A program made the translations under genes and the position numbers. Of a stretch of DNA of 64,000 bases, positions 58,170-64,000 are shown in pieces (within the stretch, counting starts at the first letter, position 1; each line of letters opens with the position of its first letter). The notes below the pieces were generated by a model. It saw only the letters and a program-made list of their open reading frames with translations, ran no database searches and was not told the origin of the DNA. Source of the stretch: a virus; the IMG/VR virus record IMGVR_UViG_3300014819_000002, positions 1 to 64,000 of that record; one strand, given 5' to 3'.

Positions 58170-60095
58170 TTAAGATCCTATATTGTCACGTGATAGAGGT
58201 TTTATATTATTGTTTATTGAAACTGTAGAGTTGTTTGAGATATTGTTTGGTCCAGGAAGATCAGTTTTATTTCTTGTATCTATCAGCTTTATATTTACTG
58301 TTTGTTCCTGTTGTAAATCAATATTAATCAATTGCAGTTTATAAACAGAATTTTCGTCTGTTTTAAGTAGACCTAAATCGGTTGGTGGTTGACCTTGTGC
58401 AACAACTTTCAAGTATTCGGGATTAAAGATTACTTGAAGTTTACCAGTGCCGCTCGTGCGTATAGAGTCTACAAAAGCATCTTTTTGTATAAAGAAGTTT
58501 GGATATGCTTTAGGTGCACCTGATTGTGATATAGCTTCTGTTATTATTTTATTGCCATATTTATCAAACGAAACTTGAAATTGCACGGTATAGTTTGAAC
58601 TATAGCCATGAGCATCAATGCAAGCTACTGTATATATAGCTGAACCATCTTTGTTAAAATCATCATCATGGTAGTATGTTCTTGGTAAAGCTGTTCCATT
58701 AGGAAAACGCAAATTCAACACATTAGTTTGTTCCATAAATTGTTCGGACATTTCCGATAAACTTAATGGCGTGACACTATCATTGAAATCATATACTTTA
58801 ATTAATTGATACGGTTCATTGATGCCCAAACGTTTAAATATTTGAAAATATTTAACATCTCTTTGAGAGTTGACAGGAATATTCCATGTAAGCATGGGCA
58901 TATCACGTTGATAATCCCATATAACTCGAAAGTCGGCGGGTGGTGGTGGTGGCATATATTCTTTACATACAATATATGCTTCTGGGGATCTTTGTGATGC
59001 AACTAAGTAAGTTGTTGTACCAAATTCTATATTTGTTTCTGTAATGTTATATGTCGGTATCTCTAACATGAAAATAGATTTAACCGTATATCCGTATTGT
59101 GTACCATATTTTACATTATAATCTACACATTCAGTAACATTAGGATTTTCTATTACAATAGGATCCTTCTTAATTGCTTGACCATCACGTGAATATTCTG
59201 TTTTTTCAATTACATAACCAATAACTTGGAAATTAATCTTATATGTGCCTACTGGAACATTCTTGTCATATGATATGTGATTCGGTAAATTAAGTTGATA
59301 ATCAACTGCATCGATAACAGAATTTGGTCTGGCAACAATAGAATTTTCTTGCAATATCTTGGCTAGGCCAATACTAGCATAAGTTTCATCACCGAATATA
59401 TTATCGATTTGTTGAGCACTTGAACGTAGAAGTGTCTCTATTCTTTTATTGTTGAATGCACTTTTAAGTTTTACATTTCGTAGTTGATCATATATTGATT
59501 TAACGATATCTTCTTTATTATTATTTGAAGTATATTTTATACCATTTTTTTGTAGATTTAAGAATGCCTCTGAAAGAAAAGTACCATCGATTTCTTGAGA
59601 TGTTAATGTGTTTAGTAACTTGATTTGATCCATTTGTGATAAGTTGGTTCGGGACATATCAGCCCCTTCCATAAATGCTGACAATGCTTTATCAATACTA
59701 TATGTTATTTTCCCATCAGCTCCATTATCTTTGAATAAGATATTTGTAAAAAAATCAGAACTCAAAGTTTCTTCGTCGAGAATTTTTGATAGATTGTTGT
59801 ATATCGATATCTTACCAATCCAATCAGGTCTATTTCCTAAATTAACCTGTTTCCAAGAAACATTTGTATATCTCGGGACAAATCTTTGTATTTTTCTTTT
59901 TAATTGTTGTCTTATAGAAGTATTAGCACTATTCTTTAAATCATTTTGTAATCGATTAGGTGATGAACCAAGTGGATTCTCATTAACATATTCATCAGGC
60001 ATGTAAAAATTATATATAAAGCTAGCTTCCGGAAGAGGTATTTCGCCGGGAGCGTCTAATATCACTGCTCTATTTGATGGATAAGATTTTGCCAT
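58170..60095 (-). CDS. Large virion structural protein, fibronectin-III-like segments
   Basis: GYVIEK, D.NVKYG..YGYTVK, PPPP...LTW...YFQIFKR, YTVACIDAHG.SSN. Confidence 0.55.
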   Translation of the reverse strand: MAKSYPSNRAVILDAPGEIPLPEASFIYNFYMPDEYVNENPLGSSPNRLQNDLKNSANTSIRQQLKRKIQRFVPRYTNVSWKQVNLGNRPDWIGKISIYNNLSKILDEETLSSDFFTNILFKDNGADGKITYSIDKALSAFMEGADMSRTNLSQMDQIKLLNTLTSQEIDGTFLSEAFLNLQKNGIKYTSNNNKEDIVKSIYDQLRNVKLKSAFNNKRIETLLRSSAQQIDNIFGDETYASIGLAKILQENSIVARPNSVIDAVDYQLNLPNHISYDKNVPVGTYKINFQVIGYVIEKTEYSRDGQAIKKDPIVIENPNVTECVDYNVKYGTQYGYTVKSIFMLEIPTYNITETNIEFGTTTYLVASQRSPEAYIVCKEYMPPPPPADFRVIWDYQRDMPMLTWNIPVNSQRDVKYFQIFKRLGINEPYQLIKVYDFNDSVTPLSLSEMSEQFMEQTNVLNLRFPNGTALPRTYYHDDDFNKDGSAIYTVACIDAHGYSSNYTVQFQVSFDKYGNKIITEAISQSGAPKAYPNFFIQKDAFVDSIRTSGTGKLQVIFNPEYLKVVAQGQPPTDLGLLKTDENSVYKLQLINIDLQQEQTVNIKLIDTRNKTDLPGPNNISNNSTVSINNNIKPLSRDNIGS

Positions 60096-60097
60096 TT

Positions 60098-63000
60098 TTA
60101 CTTTCGAAATAAATTCTTATTTAATATATTTATGTTTCCTAAAGCTTGTCCGGAGCGATTTGCTCTTGCAGAGTTGAAATAGCTAGATATGTTGCCAATC
60201 TTTGATAGATTTGTGATATTTGGTCCTATTATTTCAGTTAACGTAACAGTGTTAGGTAATGTTTCCACTTGCACAAAAATATCTTTTACAATAAATTGGT
60301 CTGCGTCTCCATCTCTCAAAATGTATTTGCCAGATTGATCAATCGTTAAGTAATCACGATATAAATCAAAATTAATATTTTGATTGTATAGTTTTGTTTT
60401 AGCTACATCGATTTCTAATGCATATGTTTGAATTGGAATATAAAATATTCTATCATACAACTTAGGCACCAATACTCTATTGATTACTTCGTTTGTGTTT
60501 AATACAAGGCTACCATATGTACATATGCGATACAAATCTTTTACAGTATCGGAAATATTAGGATCGGATAGTATTTGAGATGTTACTTGTTTGTCGGAAG
60601 GTGCAGTTAATTTTAATTGCTGCAAATAAGCTGATATCAAACCCTTGACCTTAGAATTTAAAACTCTTTCTGCTGGTTCAGGAAATGTAAAAGTATCTTC
60701 ACTTGGTTTAACACCAGTATGCAAGCTCATGTATGTGCCAAACAAATAGCTATTAACATGGTTATATAACAACTCAGAAAATTGTGTTTCTTTTAATCCG
60801 TTATATTTTGGATCTGCTTTTAACGCATCTAAATCGATTTCAATTGGATTGAAAGGATCTTCAAAATCTGTTAAAGCCATTCTATTCAATACCGCTGTAT
60901 AACTCTCACCAACTTGTGGTTGTGCATCATTAATATTTTTATTCGTTACAAAAAGACTAGTGTCAAATACATATTTCGTTGGCTTGAAAATTAAATCCGG
61001 ATATTTTGCGTTTCTTACATAAACGTTAACATATATTATATCACTTTGACGTTCTTGAAATGATATCGTATTAATATTCTTTCTACTAATTCGATCAAAT
61101 AATACTTTGCAAAAACCAGTTGGCAAACCAACGCTTATAACTTTATAATTTCTTCTATATTGTTCTTCGCTAAATGATGTACCCGGCGTATAATTTTTCA
61201 TCATTTTTTCTAATAAATTAAAACTATTAACAGTTGGTACATCTGAAACAATTAAATCGATCTCTTTTGTTTCAGAAGAATTACGAGCCGTTACATATTC
61301 AGTTGGAACTCTGGTTTTTTCCTTAATTTCATTTAATGCTTGAGCCGATATTCTTATTTGAGATATGTTTTTGATCAAATCTAGATTAGAAATTGTACTG
61401 GTCGCTAAAAACTGTTTTAATCCAGTTTGAGTAAAAAATTGTTTTGCTTGACTTAGTGCATTGTTAAGATTATTGCCAATAACTTCAAATATTGAGATAA
61501 TAGTGTCTATATCGGAATATTCTTTTGCAATTTTATTTTTATTATCTTCGAGGCTAATAAATAACGGATTTTGCCTTCTTTCAGTTTCGGCTTCTTGTTC
61601 TTTGTAGTCACGACTTAATATTTCTATAGACTTTTGAACCAAACTGGTATTAGTTAAATCTACTTTGAAAACTAAAAACTTTAAAACTCCGGTTTTTGTT
61701 TCTGTTAATGTTGTCGTGGTAAAATTAACTGTGCCAGTATTTCTATCTGTGAACTCAGCAGTATCACCTTGTTTGTCAAAACGAATTTCACCAATTGGTA
61801 ATTCTTCACTAGTTTCAACTTGAACGTATCCAAATTTATCTTGCGTTATAGTTCGATTAGGTTTTATAAATGAATATTTCTTGCTATATTGACAGAATAT
61901 TTCAAATAACATGAAAAGTTGTGTTGAACAACTTAAAGAACTTAATCTTGTTCTTCCAGAATTATCAGATAACAAATGTACGTTTGTTCCATTGACTTGA
62001 GCTGAAGAAAATAATGAGTTTGCTAAATTTATGTATTGATATATGAGATTAGTGTTACCTATTGTACCTTGGCCTAGAGCTGCCCGTTCAAGTACATTTG
62101 CAACATCAGCTTCACTCATTATCAAATCGACTGTTTTGCCAGAGTTGAAACCTAATACAGATTGTGTACCAGTATTTGAAAGAATGATGAATATTTTGAT
62201 GTATCTTTCTGCAATAGTTCCAGCGAGTTGTTTTAAACTTTGCAATAGTTGTAAACCATCAATAGTTGTTGTAGAAGTATTTGAAGTTCCACCAAATATC
62301 GTTGTTAATGTTTCAAACGCTGCAAATACGTCCAGATTTTGTATTTTATTAATTTCATTACGTGCTAATATATTAAATATTCCATTTGTTTCATTACTTT
62401 TATTTCTCACTAATCCAGCAAGAATACAATATTGAAACAACATGTTTTTTAAGTCGGCATAATCGCCAGCGACATTAAAAATGTTCATTATCATTGCTTG
62501 TTCAATGGTATTTTGCAATATATTGGGATTGGGTACATTTAATTCATTAATTCTTTGATTAATTTCTATTAATTTTGCTTCTAGAAGAGGTATCCTTGGA
62601 TTATTACGTAATTTTTCTACCTCTCGCTCTAAATCTTCTGGATGGGGTCGCCAATTATTCACCTGGTTGGCTTCGCTGCCGTCACCAATTGATGATACAC
62701 TCACATCACCAGTTGGTATTGACGCTTTTAGAGAATTTAATTCTGTCTCCAGTTGTTCTTTTTGCTGTTGTAATGCAAGTTTTTCTGCATAAACAGCAGG
62801 ATCAAATTTAGCTGCAACATCTTCTTCAATTGGTGTTACTTTATCAAATGCAGTATAAAATGCTTGCAATATTTGCTTATTAAGCATCATTGGAGTTATA
62901 AGGCTTGTTTGTGATTCTTGTAAATCTATACCTAATAATCTTCTAATAAGATTAGCAGCATTTTGTGTGGTGTCATTATAATTTGTCACATATGCATTAT

Positions 63001-64000
63001 AGCTAGAAATATCCCATGTATTTCCAGTGGGATTTATAATTTTTTCTGTAAAGTAGTTATCACCTGGCACCCATGAGGTGTTATTGTTGTCCGGATCTTC
63101 AATAAATTTCTTTTCAAATGCTAAAACAATCGTATTTGTAGAATTTGGTATTGTTGTATATGGTAGAAAAGAAAGACCATTTCTATTATTTGGTATTTGT
63201 AGTATATTTGGAGATATATCACCAATAATATTAGCAAATGAATTTCCGACATTTGGTGCTCTAAACTTTTGCAAAATAGAATTATTGTTAGTATTTCCGA
63301 GATTGCTCGATACAATATATTCTTTAGCTAAAATATATGTTAGTAGCTTAATTCTAGAATCAGCATCTGATGGTAACAGATTAATAAATCTGTTAAATGT
63401 TGCACTAACACTGGCGTTTATTGGCTGATTAGTTGTTGAAGTAAAATTGCTGATATCAAATTTATATCCTGGCGAATTTTCACTTACATCAATCCGGATT
63501 GGACTGAAATCATTTTTTCTGGTTAAATTTACTTGATCTAAAAATTTAAATGAATACGTTTTTAATCTTGTATTCAAATCATATAATAGTTGAAGCAATA
63601 TTTTTGTATCGGAAAATGTTTCGTATTGACCAGTAGTAAATCCCATGTTTTCCGAATAAAACATACGAAGTGGAGTAATAGCTTCGGATTTGGAAGCGAC
63701 TTTATATTTGGTATCTGGGATTAGTTTAATATCAAACGATTTTTTGATTACATCGATATTTTCTAGAATGTTTTTAAAAAACATCATATTATTACCAACA
63801 ATATTAATTTCATTGAGATAATCATTTCTGATGTCATTAAAAGTTTTATCTTGTTTTGTTACTCTTTTTATATCCTTTAACGTTGCTATTAATGTTTCTT
63901 GACGCAATAATTTTGTTTGATGTGAAAATTTGAGAAACATTCCAGTGTCGGTATATTGACGTTCTAAAATTGCATTAATGTTTGAGTTTTTTGGTTCTTG
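60098..64000 (-). CDS. Very large putative structural protein (5' end beyond window)
   Basis: Frame stays open from 63940 to window edge (QEPKNSNINAILERQYTDTGMF). Confidence 0.6.
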   Translation of the reverse strand, partial: QEPKNSNINAILERQYTDTGMFLKFSHQTKLLRQETLIATLKDIKRVTKQDKTFNDIRNDYLNEINIVGNNMMFFKNILENIDVIKKSFDIKLIPDTKYKVASKSEAITPLRMFYSENMGFTTGQYETFSDTKILLQLLYDLNTRLKTYSFKFLDQVNLTRKNDFSPIRIDVSENSPGYKFDISNFTSTTNQPINASVSATFNRFINLLPSDADSRIKLLTYILAKEYIVSSNLGNTNNNSILQKFRAPNVGNSFANIIGDISPNILQIPNNRNGLSFLPYTTIPNSTNTIVLAFEKKFIEDPDNNNTSWVPGDNYFTEKIINPTGNTWDISSYNAYVTNYNDTTQNAANLIRRLLGIDLQESQTSLITPMMLNKQILQAFYTAFDKVTPIEEDVAAKFDPAVYAEKLALQQQKEQLETELNSLKASIPTGDVSVSSIGDGSEANQVNNWRPHPEDLEREVEKLRNNPRIPLLEAKLIEINQRINELNVPNPNILQNTIEQAMIMNIFNVAGDYADLKNMLFQYCILAGLVRNKSNETNGIFNILARNEINKIQNLDVFAAFETLTTIFGGTSNTSTTTIDGLQLLQSLKQLAGTIAERYIKIFIILSNTGTQSVLGFNSGKTVDLIMSEADVANVLERAALGQGTIGNTNLIYQYINLANSLFSSAQVNGTNVHLLSDNSGRTRLSSLSCSTQLFMLFEIFCQYSKKYSFIKPNRTITQDKFGYVQVETSEELPIGEIRFDKQGDTAEFTDRNTGTVNFTTTTLTETKTGVLKFLVFKVDLTNTSLVQKSIEILSRDYKEQEAETERRQNPLFISLEDNKNKIAKEYSDIDTIISIFEVIGNNLNNALSQAKQFFTQTGLKQFLATSTISNLDLIKNISQIRISAQALNEIKEKTRVPTEYVTARNSSETKEIDLIVSDVPTVNSFNLLEKMMKNYTPGTSFSEEQYRRNYKVISVGLPTGFCKVLFDRISRKNINTISFQERQSDIIYVNVYVRNAKYPDLIFKPTKYVFDTSLFVTNKNINDAQPQVGESYTAVLNRMALTDFEDPFNPIEIDLDALKADPKYNGLKETQFSELLYNHVNSYLFGTYMSLHTGVKPSEDTFTFPEPAERVLNSKVKGLISAYLQQLKLTAPSDKQVTSQILSDPNISDTVKDLYRICTYGSLVLNTNEVINRVLVPKLYDRIFYIPIQTYALEIDVAKTKLYNQNINFDLYRDYLTIDQSGKYILRDGDADQFIVKDIFVQVETLPNTVTLTEIIGPNITNLSKIGNISSYFNSARANRSGQALGNINILNKNLFRK

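Noticed and set aside
2044-63428. Many short ORFs antisense to or nested in long genes (e.g. 3216..3665, 9876..10235, 29204..29497, 62043..62435)
   Set aside because: Shadow frames of well-supported genes with no motifs or initiation signals
1-64000. CRISPR array, rRNA or reverse-transcriptase/DGR system
   Set aside because: No regularly spaced repeats, rRNA or RT gene seen; the 3965/5800 duplicate differs at non-adenine positions too

Overview
AT-rich 64 kb segment of a large T4-superfamily (jumbo) myophage genome, standard genetic code. Virion and packaging genes: gp13-like neck (partial), major capsid, scaffold, prohead protease, portal with two inteins, large terminase with one intein, gp4-like nuclease, tail-tube-like protein and large structural genes. 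Recombination/replication genes: fused Mre11-Rad50, primase, RuvC-like resolvase and an adenine methyltransferase. An accessory block carries GroEL, Dps, a TrmH/SpoU methylase, IF-1, an amidoligase plus gamma-glutamylcyclotransferase, two cytidyltransferases and isocitrate lyase. The richest part is a non-coding RNA cluster absent from the ORF track (27.9-38.8 kb, minus strand): tRNA-Asn(GUU) split inside its anticodon by a 206-nt ORF-less group I intron and lying 16 nt downstream of a free-standing HNH gene; a one-piece tmRNA (tag ANDSSYSSYALAA); a D-armless tRNA-Arg(UCU)-like RNA; tRNA-Met, -Ala and -Glu with remodelled T-loops; and two unexplained structured RNAs. Six genes appear to be transcribed as leaderless mRNAs from one promoter class. 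Cys-rich lipoprotein cargo hints at a Myxococcota-like host (inference). All product calls are from motif recognition by eye; no database search or folding program was run.
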